Assembly: GCA_028534125.1 (NCBI GenBank)
Contig: CM052816.1
Coordinates: forward strand, 22,012,001 to 22,076,000
Origin: Lama glama
Taxonomy: Eukaryota
DNA length: 64,000 nucleotides
Direction of reading: 5' to 3'
The notes below the pieces were generated by a model. The model was not told where the DNA came from and searched no databases. It saw nothing but the letters and a program-made list of their open reading frames with translations. Position 1 is the first letter of the stretch; the number at the start of each line of letters is the position of its first letter. Of the stretch, positions 50,751 to 63,464 are shown piece by piece. A program made the translations under genes and the position numbers.

Positions 50751-52999
50751 GGTTGTTTATTTCTTCTACATTTACTAGCTGGTATTTGGTATAGAAGAAC
50801 TTTCCCCTTTCCTCTCTTTTCTTTCTCTAAAAAAAATCAGTGTGGTTTCAAAGATTATTTTTGTATTTTTTAATATTGTCATTATTCTTTTTGATTATTA
50901 GATTGCCCCAAATTTAGCCAGTGGGATCTCTTTCAAAGTCAGCTCCTGTGTTCTCTTGGCATGACCTCATTAGTCTTTACAAATACTTTCTGGCTCAAGA
51001 ATATGTTCCAGGCTTATACTTTCCTTGCCCTAGTACTGAAGTCAGCCATTTATCTATAGAACTCTGGTTCCTTTTAGTGGGAAGTGATGTTTAGAATTCA
51101 CAATCTGGGCTCCTGGCTCCAGGTGTGGTAACTGTTATATAGCTCTTTACTGCCATTTTGTAGAATAGATTTACAAGGATGAGGAAACCAATGGAATGGA
51201 ATTCTATCTTTAATGTATGGGCTTTTAACTTGGAGATATTGTTGAAAATCTTTAAAATAGCTTTAATAGTCTGCTGAATATAACTTAACTCTTGTTTTGT
51301 AATTTTACAATACAAACATATAAAACATAATACTAACATTTATTAACTTTTACCAAGTGATAGTGTCTGTGCTGCACACTTAATAGGCATTATTTTATTT
51401 TATGTTCAAAAGGAAGTAATTTATCATGCCTTTTGTACAAAAAGTAAAAATTAAGGAAAAATTTTAAAAATTAATAAAAAATTTTAAAAATTAATAAAAA
51501 TTAAGGAAAAATTAGTAACTGATAAAGGCAGACTTTGAGCCATGGCTGTCTCCAGTGTGCAAGTTTTTAACCACATTGTTAGGCTAAAGGCAACCCAACA
51601 ATGATTTGGAGAAGATTCTTTAGCATAAATTTTCATCATAGAACCACAAGTGCAGAATATGTGTATCTTGGAATTGAATCTGTACTGACTTGAGAGATTT
51701 TTTATTGTTAAAATTCCTAGGACAATAAGTAAAATACCGTGATTTATGAGTGTTTTAGATAATTGATGTTGTATTGAAAGTTGAACATGATAACTTAAGC
51801 ATATCATAGATAAAAATTTCAGTAGTTTCAGACTTTGAGAACCAGAACAATTCAGAATTGCTCCAAGCATCCTAATTTGAGTTTTCCAAGTTTTGGTTGT
51901 GTTTCTCAGCATGTGCAGAACAGCAGTCTGCAGAATTGAGAGCTGAAGTTGCTTTGAGCAGCACAGTACTGGGTACAACATTGAGGAAGAGAATAGAAAT
52001 CCCAATTTGCTTGATTAGATGTGTATACTTAACATAATCATTAATTCCTCATACATACAGAGCTGTAAATACTAATTTAATATTTCATTTAACAGTGAAA
52101 TTGAAAAGCCATAGAATATACCTAAAATGAGTGCAGTAGATATGGATTGTTTGAAGGACAATTTGTAGGTGTTCTCACTCACCTCTGCTTGCCCACTTTC
52201 ACTTATGTTGACTGGCTGAGAGGGTATAGATGATCAATTTTAGGAAATACTGAATCATCACCACTTCCTCACTTTTTTTTTTTTTTTTGCCGAAGTGGAA
52301 CCTATTATTTTATTCCCTAATCCTGATTTGGTGTTTGTTCTTCTAATACCCCTGGATAATTTTGGCAGTATTTTATTGCAGTTACAGTAAGTGGTTGGCT
52401 GATTTAGGTGTTACTGATCTGGAATGTCATGACTTGTAGTTTTTCCATCTTCCTCATGACTTCCCTCTTTCATGCTGAATAGAGAAGCTTTCAGGTGCAC
52501 ACTGTAAATAATTAACATTGCTTTGAATATAGCATTTAAATTTTTTACTACTGAGAAATATCTTTAAGACTTCCAACCTGTGTGTGTCAGGGTTGTTTGT
52601 TTGAGCACTGTATAATGGCTTTTACCTATCTTGGACATATCAAGAGCCTACTAGACAGTATGGTACCTTAAGTGTGTCTCAGAGATAGTTTGTACAGAAA
52701 CTACAAGAAACTCCTTTCTGAGACCATCATTACACAGTCAACAACTATTTGCTGTTGTTGTAAGCCAAATGCCATAACCACCCACATATAAGAGATTTAA
52801 TCAGTTTGCTACTACAGTCATACTTTGTTCTGGGAGATTATTTTCTGTCCTTTCATAAATGCTGGGCATCTTGTGACTGTCAAACAAGGTGTATTGAAAG
52901 GAACAGGATTTACTAGATATCGCAGTGCTTGTGTTCTTCCTCATTAATAAGTTATCAGCCAAATAACCCAGCCTGGCATAGATCCTGCCTATAAACTTG

Positions 53000-53160
53000 T
53001 TCTAAACTTTAGTATGCATCAAAATCACCTGTAAGACTTGCTAAACAGCAGGTGGCCATGCCCTACTCCCAGAGATTCTGATTTCCTAGGTCTGGGATGG
53101 AGTGTGAGTATTTACATTTTTACCAAGTTCCCAAGTTATGCTGATGCTGCTAGTATCAGG
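53000..53160. mobile_element. MER5A-like hAT MITE (related copies near 36785-36900 and 47320-47490)
   Basis: ttctaaactttagtatgcatcaaaatcacctg...cccagagattctgatt...aagttcccaagttatgctgatgctgct. Confidence 0.7.
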
Positions 53161-53676
53161 GCCTCTCAGAGTTGTTACTTACAGCAGGAGAACCCAATTC
53201 TGGCCAATTTAAAGAAAAGGAATTTATTATAAGGATAGTAGGTAGCTACAGAATTGCTGGGAGTGCTGGAGAAGTAGACTTGGGACTAGTAGCAGCCATG
53301 ATCCATACTTCTTACCACATATTTGGTAAGGATACTACCACTGCTACCTAGCACTGGACCCAATGGATGGCACAGCTTGCAGTGATGACCACCTATTCTG
53401 TACAGTGCATATGTTGACATACCCTGCTACTACCACTAGCTGCCAAAGTGGATTCTGTATAGTATCTACTTGCTATCACTGGATTAAAAATCTGGGATGG
53501 ATGTATCTGATTGGTAATGCTTGAATCATTTGTTCATGCCCTAGTTTTACGGAAAGTTGGAAAAGTGAAAATCTGGTGTGTTCAGTTTCCATCAAAACTC
53601 ATCAGTTGAGTTATTCCCCAAAGAGGAGTTCATTCATGGCTTGACTTCCCTGGTAGATATTTTTGACCAAATGCAT

Positions 53677-53885
53677 TAGGAGTTGACAGAATTTTGCCTG
53701 GGGGCCAAATTAGCTTACTAGGTATTTTGTAAATTAAGTTTTGCTGGAATGTATCCACATTTTTTTTGGTTGTTTTCATGCTACAAAGGCAAAGTGAATT
53801 AGTGGTTGTGACAAAAACCGTGTGGCTGAAAAAACCTAGGATATTTATTTTCTGACCCTTTATAGAAAAAGCTTGCCGATCCCTG
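53677..53885. mobile_element. MER58A-like hAT-Charlie MITE
   Basis: taggagttgacaga...ggccaaat...ctgaccctttatagaaaaagcttgccgatccctg. Confidence 0.75.
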
Positions 53886-55529
53886 GTAGGACTGATGCTG
53901 AGACTTGTATTCAAGTCCCTGTGGTCACCATTTATAGATGCTGTTGGAGAGTTACCTGTTTATAAAATGACCACACTGTCCCTTGGAAATAAGATTGAAG
54001 ACAAATAATGGGACAAATTTTCAGATATTTGAAGAAGGGCTTTTAGAATCTAGAGTTCCTAAACTCTGTCATCCTCTCTTCAGGCAGAAAACTAGTGAGC
54101 CACATTCATATTTTAAAACTTATGAATTACATTCTTACTGAGACTTTGAAAAGTGAATTCCTAATTCTTTGTTAACTATTTGTAGCATCATTAATGATGT
54201 ACCAAAGATGTCTTCTGACTTGAAAACAGAGTAAATTAGGTGACATAATTCAGTCGAGAATCTTGGAAATTTCTGGGCTCCTTGACTCCAGCCTACCTTC
54301 ATTTGGCTTGTCAAGTTATGAAACTTCTAATTCTGTTTGCCATGATATAACCTTTGTTACAGTTTCCAGAACTTGTTTTCCACTAAAACAAGATTGTCTT
54401 GATGTCAAAATAACAAGCACATTTCCATAGGATAGGCATTTTGTGAGTATCTGGCCAGGTTATGATGACTCTTAACTCATGGGGTGGGGCTCCAGCAGCT
54501 GTGTTTGTAGTATGACCACACCTACCCTAGCCATTGTTTTGGAAGTCCTAGCTCATGTATTAAAACTAGGGAAAAAGAGAAAAAAGTGCATTCATAGATT
54601 GGAAAGGAAGAAATAATGCTGTTCTTATTCACAGAAGCTTATGTAACTGTATATGTAGAAAATCTAGAAGAATCTACAAATGAGATTTTTTAAGGTTTGT
54701 AGTATACACGTTAAACTTATCACAATCAACCTTCAAGTGATATTAAACTGTTTCACATATAAGAACCTTACAGTATACTTTCACTTTTACTTTCTGGCCT
54801 TTGTTCTCTTGTTGTGATGCATTTCACTTGTGCATGTATAGTAAACCTCTTAATATGTTGTTGCTTTTGCTTTAAAGAGTTAATTATCTTTTAAATAATT
54901 AGAAAAAATGATATTTACCTTTGTAGTTCCCAGTTTTCCTCATTCCTTTGTGTATATCCAGATTTCCATATGGTATTGTCCTCTGTTATGAGGGACTTAT
55001 AACTTTTTTTTTTTGAGCACCTCTCTGATGATTAATTGATTTGGCCTTTGTATATATGAAAAATATTTTGCCTTCCTTTTAAAAAGATATTTTGACTGGG
55101 AATAATATTCTAGATTGATAGTTTTTTTTCCCCCCATTTGTGACTTTAAAGATATTTCTACAGTATTATCTGGATTGCTTTGTTTCTGACTAGAAGTGTT
55201 TTGTGATTCTGATTATTCTCAGTGTGTAATTTATCTTCTTCCTCTAGCTGCTTTTATAATTTTTTCTATCATTTATAAGCAATTTGATTATTATATACTT
55301 TGCTGTTTATTTCATATTTCTTCTGCTTGAGTTTTGTTGAGCTTCATGGATGCATGAGTTTGTAGTTTTTAATCAAATATGGAAGATTTTCCTGTATTCT
55401 TCAAAAAATCTTTTTTTATTGTTCATCTTCCCCACAGTGACTCCAATTATGCTTTTGTTAGGCTGCCTGAAGTTGTTCCTCAGCTCACTGGTGCTCTCTT
55501 CAGATTTGCCTTTTCCCCCCTGTGTTTTA

Positions 55530-58500
55530 TTTATTTATTTATTTTAAAAATGGGGAAGTATAGCTGATTTACAATATTTTATTAGTTTCAGGGGTACAAC
55601 ATAATGATCCATTATTTTTGTAGTTTATACTCCATTTAAAGTTATTAAAATATATTGGCTGTATTCCCTCTCCTGTATGTTACATCCTTTGTGTCTTTAG
55701 TAGTTTGTATCTCAATCCCCTATCCCTATCTTGCCCCTTCCTCCTCCTCCTTTCCACTGGTAACCACTAGTTCGTTCTCTATATCTGTGAGTCTCTCTCT
55801 GTTTTGTTATATTAATTTGCTTAGTTTAATTTTTAGTTTCCACATGTAAGTGATACAGTATTTATCTTTCACTGTCTGACTTATTTCACTAAGTATAATA
55901 CCCTCCAGGTCCGTCCATGTTGTTCCAAATGGCAAAATTTCATTCTTTTTTTAAGGCTGAGTAGTATTCCATTGTGTCTGTATGTATACACATACATAGA
56001 TACACATACCATATCTTCTTTATCCATTAATCTGTTGATGGACACTTAGGTTGCTTCCATATCTTGACTACTGTTAATAATGCTGCTATGAACATTGGGT
56101 GCATGTATCTCTTCAAATGAATGTTTTCATTTTCTTCAGATGTAGACCTAGGAGTGGAGTTGCTGGATCTTATGGTAGTTCTATTTTTAGTTTTTTTGAG
56201 GAACCTCCATACTGTTTTCCATAGGGGCTGTGCCAGTTTACATTCCCTTTCCTTATTAGGGCTCCCCTTTCCCCACATTCTTGCCAGCATTTGTTATTTC
56301 TGGTCTTTTGGATGATAGCCATTCTGACTATGTGAGAGCAAGAAAATATATAATTGTTGTTTTGATTTGCATTTCTCTGATAATTAGCATTGTTGAGCAT
56401 CTTTTCATATGCCTGTTGGGCATCTGTTTATCTTTTTTGGAAAAACTTGTCCTTCATGTCTTCTTCCCTTTTTGTAATTGGGTTATTTGTTTCTTTGATA
56501 GTGGATTGTATGAGCTGTTTATGTTTTGGGTATTAACCCCTTGTGGGTCATATCATTGCAAGTATTTTCTCCAATTCAGTAGATTTTCTTTTCATTTTTG
56601 TCAGTGATTTCCTTTGCTGTGCAGAAGCTTTTATGTCTACTTAGGTCACATTTGTTTTTTTTTTATTGTTTCCTTTACCATAGGAGACAGATTGAAAAAA
56701 ATTATTGCTGTGATTTATGTGAAAGTGTGTTATGCTTATGTTCTCTTGTAGAAGTTTTATGGTTTCAGGTCTTTCATTTAGGTCTTTAATCCATTTTGAA
56801 TTTATTCTTGTATATGGTGTGAGGAAATGTTCTAATCTCATTCTTTTACAGATAGCTGTTCAGTTTTCCCAGCACAACTTACTGAAGAGATTGCCTTTTC
56901 TCCATTGTATATTCTTCCATCCTTTAGCAGAGATTAATTGGCCATAGGTATGTGGGTTTATTTCTCAGCTGTGTATTCCATTTCATTGATCTAGTTGCCT
57001 TTTTTTTTTGACCCAGTACCATACTGTTTTGATTACTCTAGCTTTGTAGTATAGTCCAGAGTTTGAGAGCATAATACCTCCAGCTTTGTTCTTTTTTCCT
57101 CAAGATTGCTTTGGCTATTCAGGTTCTTTTGTGGTTCCATATAAATTTTAGAATTTTTTCAAGTTCTGTGAAAAATGTCATGGGTATTTTGATAGAGATT
57201 GCATTAAATTTATAGATTGCTCTAAGTTGCTTTGACATTTTAATAATACTAATTATTCCTGTCCATGAGCACAGGATATCTTTCCATTTCTTTATATCGT
57301 CTTCATTTTCCTTTATCAGTGTTTTATAGTTTGCATCATATGGGTCTTTACCTCCTTGGTTAAGATTATTCCTAGATACTTCATTATTTTTCATGTGAGT
57401 TCAAACAGGGTTGTTTTCTTGCTTTCTCTTTCTGATAGTTTTATTATTAGTGTATAAAAAGGCAATGAATTTCTGTATATTATTCTTGTTTCCTGCAACC
57501 TTACTGAATTCAAGTATTCTAATAGTTTTTTGATGGAGACTTTAGAGTTTTTTATAGAAAGTGTCATGTCATCTGTAAAGAGTGATAGTTGTACTTCTCC
57601 CTTCCAGTTGGATGCCTTTTATTTCTTTCTCTTGTCTGATTGCTATGGTTAGGACTTCCAATACTGTGTTAAACAGAAGTGGTAAGAGTGTGCATCCTTG
57701 TCCCAGGTATCCAAGGTGCTGGAGCAGAAGTCTTGGGGGTTTGTCTGAGCCATTCTGTTTCCTCTAAATCTGTGCTCTCCTCCCTTCCAGCATCGGCACC
57801 TTCACCTCAGAGGGGAGCAGTGCTGGAGCAAGAGAGGCCAGATCAGGCACTCAGCGTGGATTGAGGCGCATGTGACAGTAGTCCCAGCATACCAGAGTTC
57901 TAGACCATTCCTGATCTGCTGCCCCTATGAATGCCAGTAATGGTTATCCTCACCCCATTCAGATGTAGTACTGGGTCTGAGCTGGCTCTGTCTGCCACAA
58001 CTACACACTCTATTTGACAGTGGCAGCCTTTACCCTTGTGGGGAGCTGAACCATGGGGCAAGAGAGGCTGAAGCAGCACTCAGCATGGGCCAGGGTGAGC
58101 ACTGGGCGGTTGCAAGAAACCAGCTAGAGTCTCTGGCAATTTCAGTTGCTGCTTCTGCCTATTTTCGGGAGCATGTTCGTGCTCTTTCTTCATTAGCAGA
58201 GTCTAGGTTTCTCACAGTTCCCCTACGGTCCCACTGGTTTTCAAACCAGCTAAGGGGACTTGTCTTCCTAGTGTTATACCCCGGCAGGATTTTCCAATAT
58301 GTGGTTCAGACCCTCATTCTTCAGGGAGGATCTCTGAGCCCATGCAGTCCTCCTTCTTTCTGTGTCCCCTCCTCGGGGCACAGGTCCTAACATGATTGCT
58401 TCTCCTCTCATCTTACCAGACTGCATATGGATCTTTCTTTACAGTCTTGTTTGCATAAGAGTCTTTCTGCCAGTCTCCAGTTTGTTTTCAATGAGAATTA

Positions 58501-58587
58501 GTTCACACATAGATGTATTTTTGATGTGTTTATGGGGGTGGTGAGCTCAGCATCCTCCTACTCCACAGTCTTGATCTCCTCCCCTCC
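55530..58587 (-). mobile_element. Internally deleted L1: 5'UTR (~57702-58587) joined to mid-ORF2 through the 3'UTR and A-rich tail (55530-57701)
   Basis: ORF2 pieces in ORFs 56027..56290, 56641..56841 and 57119..57394; on the minus strand the 5' end reads GGAGGGGAGGAGATCAAGACTGTGGAGTAGGAGGATGCTGAGCTCACC, resembling a laurasiatherian L1 5' terminus. Confidence 0.8.
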
Positions 58588-59146
58588 ATTTCTTCCACAA
58601 TGTATTTTATCGCATCCAGTTTATTTTACATTTCAGATATTTTTGTTTTCATCTTTGGAATTTTTTAATGTCCCTTTTTATATGGTTAATTTTCAAACAT
58701 AAGGAACATAGCTTTAATAAGTTTTAAATGTCTTTTCTGTATTAATTCTGTTAGCTGATAATTCCTGACTTGGTTTTGATTGATTTGTTTCCTCATTATG
58801 GGTCATTTTTTCCTGCTTCTATGCATGACTGGTAATTTTTGATGGAATACCAGAGATTGTGAATTTTACCTGTTTATGTGCTGGGTATTTTTCATCTGTA
58901 AATATTCTTCTGAGACACAGTTAATTAACATGGAAATGATTTGATCCTTGTGGTCTGTTTTTTGAGCTATGTACGTAGTGCCAGAGTAGCATTTAGTGCA
59001 GCTTCAATTTTGCCCCAGTACTGAATCCAGAGCCTTCTGAGTACTCTACTAAATGCACTGTGAATTATGAGATTTTCTATTCTCCCTCGTGCCAGCAGGA
59101 ACTCTTCCTGTCCTTGTGTGGGTTTGGGGTATTGTTCCCTCTAATC

Positions 59147-59357
59147 CAGGAAGTTTAAACCTCAGAATTGTTTACATTTTGGCCCAGAGAGTTCTTTATT
59201 CTGGGGCCTTGTCCTGTGTATCTGTTTAGCAGCATCTCTGGCTTATAGTCACTTGTTGCTGGTAGCACCCTCCCCTCCAAAAATTGTGACAGCTGCATGT
59301 CTCCAGACATCACTGTGTCAATCCTGGGGTAAAATCAGCCCTGGTTGAGGACTACTA
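59147..59357. mobile_element. MER20-like hAT MITE nested in an older L1 relic
   Basis: tttagcagcatctctggc...tgtctccagacatcac...ctggttgaggactact; 8-bp TSD CTCTAATC at 59139-59146 and 59358-59365. Confidence 0.85.
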
Positions 59358-62108
59358 CTCTAATCTTCTCGGATGGTTTTTTTCCCTGGCTTTAGATATT
59401 TCTTCATGTGCATGGCATGATCAGCATTCAGCCTAAGACTCAAGTGGGACCATCTGTAGATTTTCAGAACATAGTTTCTTTCTGTGTAGTGTGTGCTTTC
59501 TCTTTCCTGCTCTGCAAACTCTGGCTACCTTCTTTTCCCCAGATGGTCAGCTCCTTCTCAACTCAAGATACTACCTGGCAGTAAAACGTGATAATCATTT
59601 GAATCACCTAGTTTGTTCCCCTTGTCTCAAATGTCATTATCTTTTTTTCCTGATGTCTTACCTTTTGAAAAATGTTTCATGTATTTATTATGTTTTTTAG
59701 TTGTTTTAGGTGGAAGGTAAGTCCAATCCCACTTACTCCATCTTGTCTGAAAGCTGAAGTCTCTCAACAGTGCTTTACTTTTTGTCTTACAATGTATCCC
59801 AAAGTACTGGCCTTAGAGCCCTCATAGTTTCTCACTTTCTAGACTATGAGTGTGTTACCAAGGACTCCAGGGTACCAGCCACCTCTTTCTCATTCTTTTG
59901 TTCATTCTGTGGATTCAGCAAGATATGTATGTAATGGGTCAGGTGGTCTAGATGTCTTCAGTTTATGACAGAGACTGAGAGTTAAAATAGCCCTTAGGCA
60001 AAACCATAAGTTTACATTGTCCTATGAGAATGCAAATTGCATCTTGTTCTCTTTCATAAATGAATTAGAAAAGAATACATTCACCAGATGAATACCTGAG
60101 GCTTAATTAATCAGTTCGAGTAACAATATTATGTCTGCAACTGCTACTGTGCCCAGGGCTAAAATTTGGTTAAGCATGTGGCAATCTTTAGTCTTTTTTT
60201 AGGATCCATCTGTTTTCTGCAGATGATATGTGATAAGAACTGTCAACCCTGTATACTTTCAAGTCCTTACTGGTGGCACTAGTCTTTGCTATTTTTTGCT
60301 CCTCTTGGAGCAATACTGTCTTATTTACTCTCTTGTTCTGGAGAATAGAGCAATTTCACAGGTTTCCACCTGGCTTTTCCCACTGTGACCACTTTTACCA
60401 CAGAAGCCTTGGATCCTTTGTGGTGGTGGTTCTAACTGCCAGGTATTTAAATTCTAGTTATGAACTCGTTAAGGGGAAAGAGACTCTTAGGTGGGTCTGC
60501 AGGCTCAGTGAGCTCACTATGAGCCAGATTTTGCCAGGAATCTTATTTATTACCTCAGTTCAGAAGGTTTTGGCTAGGATTTTGTTTCTTTGCCTTACAG
60601 AACCTCGCTAGGGTTATTCTCTTAGTTCCATTCATCTGGTAGCTGGTGTGGTCTAAGAAGGCATCACTTCCATATCTGGAGCCTTGGTGCTGTTCCGTGT
60701 GGCCTTTCTCTCTGTGATGCTATGTTGGACTTCCTCACAACATTGGCGGGTCTTAGGGAGTTTGAATCTTAGAAGGTAAATAGCTTCACTTCTGCCACAT
60801 TCTTTGGGTCAGAAAAAATTACAGGACCAACCCAGATTCATGAAGGGGCACCTAGATTCCAGTTTTTGTTGAGGGAGTGACATGGTCCCATTGACAGTAT
60901 ATGGGATAAGAAATATCATTGTAGCCCTCTTTGGGAATACAGTTAGCCGTATCACTGTTTCATCTGTTGTCTTACAGAATTTTATAGAACTTTCTTTGAT
61001 CTGTGGACTCTTGCTGTGGTTTCCTCTTTTAATCTATTCATCCCTTTATATACTTAAAAATCTTTTTTGCTGTTATTTTAGTAAGAATTTAGCAGAGATA
61101 TGTGTGTTCTTGAATCCATCACTGGTAGCTGTAATCTTTTGAGTCAGAAATTATTGCTGTTTTTCTTACTGCCTCCTGGTTGTCTTAGTAGCATGTTGGG
61201 AAAAAAAGTTGTCTTGGGTGTCTTCTTTTTCTCTGTGTCATTTGATAATTTCTCTTGGCCAGTCATATATCAAAGAGGGAGGGTAGTGTTTGGGAGCCCT
61301 GGTTTAGACGTTATTCCTTACAAGAAAATAAAGAGGTACATTTTATGTAGAGAATTTAAGCTTCTTTCTAATCACCATGCACCAAGATTCTGTGATAAAA
61401 TGCTCTTTTCTGTAAGGAATGTGGACTGCTCCTACATTCTCCTTTTGCTATGCCACTATTCTTAGCCAAGTTTATACTATATTAATATACTATATTAACC
61501 TGTTTTTTTAATGCATAATTATCTGAATGAGGGCTAGAGAAAGATTCCCTACCTTTTTCAGAGAGTAAACAGTCAGATTCTCATTGGACTTCTGTTTGGT
61601 TTAGTGATAGATTAATATCACCTTGAGTTTCTTGAAATAGAGATTTTTTTTTAGAAATTCGTATTTTAAGAGGAATCTTGACAGACTGAGTTATCTTCAG
61701 AGGAGGTCAGCTAGGATGCTTACAGATGTAGAACATACAGTTTTTGAGACTATGTTATCCAGAGAGGAGAGAAAAACTTAAAATATGATACTGTTTCAGG
61801 ATACTTAAGAAAGAAAGGTTACATCTGTTTAGAAGTGAAATAGACTTTCCTGTAAAATAATGAGTTTTTTATTTCTAGCATTGTTTGAGTAGAGGTCCTC
61901 AGCCATGCTGAAGAGAGGGGTTCCTGTGTGAGTTGAGGGAACTCTTCTCTATCTTTTCAGATCTCTTGTAATTCAGAGATTTTGTGACTAGTCCATAGTT
62001 AACAGTTGTGTCATTAATGGTTGTTTGCTTAAAATCAGAACTGTTGACTGTCATTATATTTTTTAAAGTACATTTGAAAAATAATCTAAAATATTTTCTA
62101 TTCTACAG

Positions 62109-62179
62109 GATTTAAATACTATTTATTCTTATCTTCATGGAATGGAAATATTATCAAATCTCAGGGAACATCAGCTTAG
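62109..62179 (+). CDS. RAPGEF6: RAPGEF6 coding exon 2, DLNTIYSYLHGMEILSNLREHQL(R)
   Basis: ttttctattctacAG acceptor, TTAG|gtaagt donor; 71 nt; continues exon 1 in phase 0. Confidence 0.95.
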
Positions 62180-63311
62180 GTAAGTGTGATGCTGTGTTTA
62201 AGAGCATATGCTAAGGAGTTCCTCAAATGAGTTTTGATAGATACTTGCAGGGGCCAGATGATTTGGGGGTTTTTGTAGGCTAAGCATAGAAATTGGCATT
62301 TTCTCTCCCAGTTTTTCTTGGCCATGGGACCTTGAGCAAGTCTTAACATCTAAGCTGCAGTTTTGTCTTCTTTGGGAATAATAAGATTACCTTTGTTATA
62401 GCATTTTGAGGATTAAATGAGAAAATCTAAAGCAAGGCACAGTGCTCAGTATGTGCTAGCCAGTGAAAACAAAACTGTATTTTTTGTAGTTCCTATCGAT
62501 ATTTATTATGTCAGATACTTAAGATGCACATGGCATACTATAGTGTTGTATTAAAGTGGAAGGAGCAGCACTCTTGATTTGGTATAAGCTCCCATGAACA
62601 AGACCCATAAACTTTCTGCACCTCATTTTTCTATTCTGTAAGATGAGTTTTTTCTCCTGCTACTTTATATTGTTGTGGTTATAGTTGTAAAAACTCTTTT
62701 GAGTGCTGCAAAGCACTGTTGTAAGTTTTCATAATATTTTAATTAAAATGTGTTTTTCTTCCATGACCACTTTTTCTGACTGTTCTTAAAGTTTCTAATT
62801 ACGGACCAGATTACTAAAATATAATTGTTGGGATTTATTATTTTCTGTTTTCTGTATAATTGAGATGTTAGTATATGTTAAATAAGCATATCAAGAGGAA
62901 GAAAACTGAAAATTAGAGCAGTAGTAATAATAAAAATATTTTTTAAATGCACGCAAATTTGTATCTATTCAACAGATTTTTGTGTCTTTGTGTGTATGCC
63001 CTGGCCTGTAACTGTTCTTTACCATAAGGATTCATTAGTGAATCAGACACATATATATTCTTCTATAACAAAAAAGAACATTATTTAGTGTGAATTGACA
63101 GGTTATAGAACGTATATAAGAGTATTATACTTGTTGCCCCTTAATATTCACTGCTACTTTTGAAAATAATTACTGCATTTAGTGTGTATATTTTTAAACT
63201 CTAGGGAAAAATTTAGTGGTAGATCTGATCATTTTCTGTGGTGATTATAGCAATTTTGAAATAATTTAAGGTAAAATCTTTAAATTTTTTATTTTTTAAA
63301 AAATGTGTTAG

Positions 63312-63368
63312 ATTAATGTCTGCAAGAGCACGCTATGAGAGATACAGCGGCAATCAAGTTCTTTTTTG
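63312..63368 (+). CDS. RAPGEF6: RAPGEF6 coding exon 3, LMSARARYERYSGNQVLF(C); gene continues beyond the window
   Basis: gtgttAG acceptor, TTTG|gtaagt donor; 57 nt; in frame (AG|A = Arg); N-terminal cNMP-binding-like region. Confidence 0.93.
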
Positions 63369-63464
63369 GTAAGTATTTCTATAATTTGCTTAATAATGTT
63401 TAAATTTGGATTTTAAGCATTGAAATTCATTTGATTCTGGAATAGTTTCTGTAGAGGAGATTGA

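Noticed and set aside
51484..52005. 173-aa minus-strand ORF in RAPGEF6 intron 1
   Set aside because: Non-ATG start, no recognisable domain, runs into low-complexity/MIR-like sequence and has no supporting splice structure. PhyloCSF or BLAST would settle it.
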